DNA of 26,594 bases from a virus. Lineage: Duplodnaviria; Caudoviricetes. A program made the translations under genes and the position numbers. The notes under the pieces are model-generated. The model was given only the letters and a program-made list of their open reading frames with translations. It was not told where the DNA came from and searched no databases. The stretch lies in the IMG/VR virus record IMGVR_UViG_3300029775_000397, positions 1 to 26,594 of that record; one strand, 5' to 3'. Shown one piece after another: positions 26,269-26,594 of the stretch; position 1 is the stretch's first letter, and each line of letters begins with the position of its first letter.

Positions 26269-26594
26269 CGTTCGGCACCCCCTTCACAGCTGGGGCAGAC
26301 TTGCCGCCCCTCTGGTATAATCTCGTCACAGCATACACAACGGTCTACATTATCCACTAGTCGTAGTGGGTCTTGTGGATAACTTCTAAACGCTTGGGTT
26401 AAGGCGTCCGCTAATTGCCGACACGTAGTTCCTATCATTGCCATTACACGGTTTATAGCGAAGGCGAAGCCCCTAAAATCTAAGGTAAGTACGCCGTATT
26501 TCTGTAGTCGTTTCATGTTTTTCTTACGGACCCTAACCTTTTTGTGGTGGTAGGCTATATACTTAATACGTTCTATGTTCTTATGTTTTTTCAT
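26265..26594 (-). CDS. Hypothetical protein with C-terminal zinc ribbon (may extend beyond the window)
   Basis: DRCVCCDEIIPEGRQVCPSCE; ATG at the window edge. Confidence 0.7.
   Translation of the reverse strand: MKKHKNIERIKYIAYHHKKVRVRKKNMKRLQKYGVLTLDFRGFAFAINRVMAMIGTTCRQLADALTQAFRSYPQDPLRLVDNVDRCVCCDEIIPEGRQVCPSCEGGAER

Larger units (their letters stand above)
1..26594 (-). mobile_element. Myovirus-type phage/prophage late region (packaging, head, contractile tail, baseplate, receptor-binding genes)
   Basis: About 35 tightly packed co-oriented ORFs in the order terminase-portal-MuF-scaffold-capsid-neck-sheath-tube-TAC-TMP-baseplate. No integrase, att site or host gene in the window, so prophage vs free phage cannot be decided. 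Confidence 0.97.

Noticed and set aside
188-26594. DGR template repeat, RT or second variable region inside the window
   Set aside because: I saw no second copy of the 65..187 sequence and no RT motifs; these are expected left of position 1.
62-26594. Stop-codon reassignment or introns/inteins
   Set aside because: Genes are full length under the standard bacterial code; TerL, portal and capsid have normal sizes with no apparent insertions.

Overview
The whole window is one co-oriented (minus-strand) block of a contractile-tailed (myovirus-type) phage or prophage, probably of a Clostridia-like Firmicute (inferred from gene families and PBSX/skin xkd-like synteny). Reading right to left: small late-early genes (incl. 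DUF4406-like), an AT-rich repeat region, a putative late regulator followed by a sigmaA-like promoter, terminase small and large subunits, SPP1-type portal, a long MuF/gp7 minor head protein with a C-terminal HEXXH domain plus a small downstream ORF, scaffold, decoration protein, major capsid, neck genes, sheath, tube, frameshifted tail chaperone, tape measure, baseplate genes and a three-gene receptor-binding module. The last gene (62..1135) has the hallmarks of a diversity-generating retroelement (DGR) target; the template repeat, avd and RT would lie just beyond the left edge. Less expected: by manual scan the phage has no GATC, almost no GAG on the + strand, and none of 33 ribosome-binding sites uses canonical GGAGG. 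The late operon also contains several intrinsic terminators and structured leaders, suggesting antitermination control. All product calls come from motif recognition and synteny; no database search was run, and k-mer counts were made by eye.
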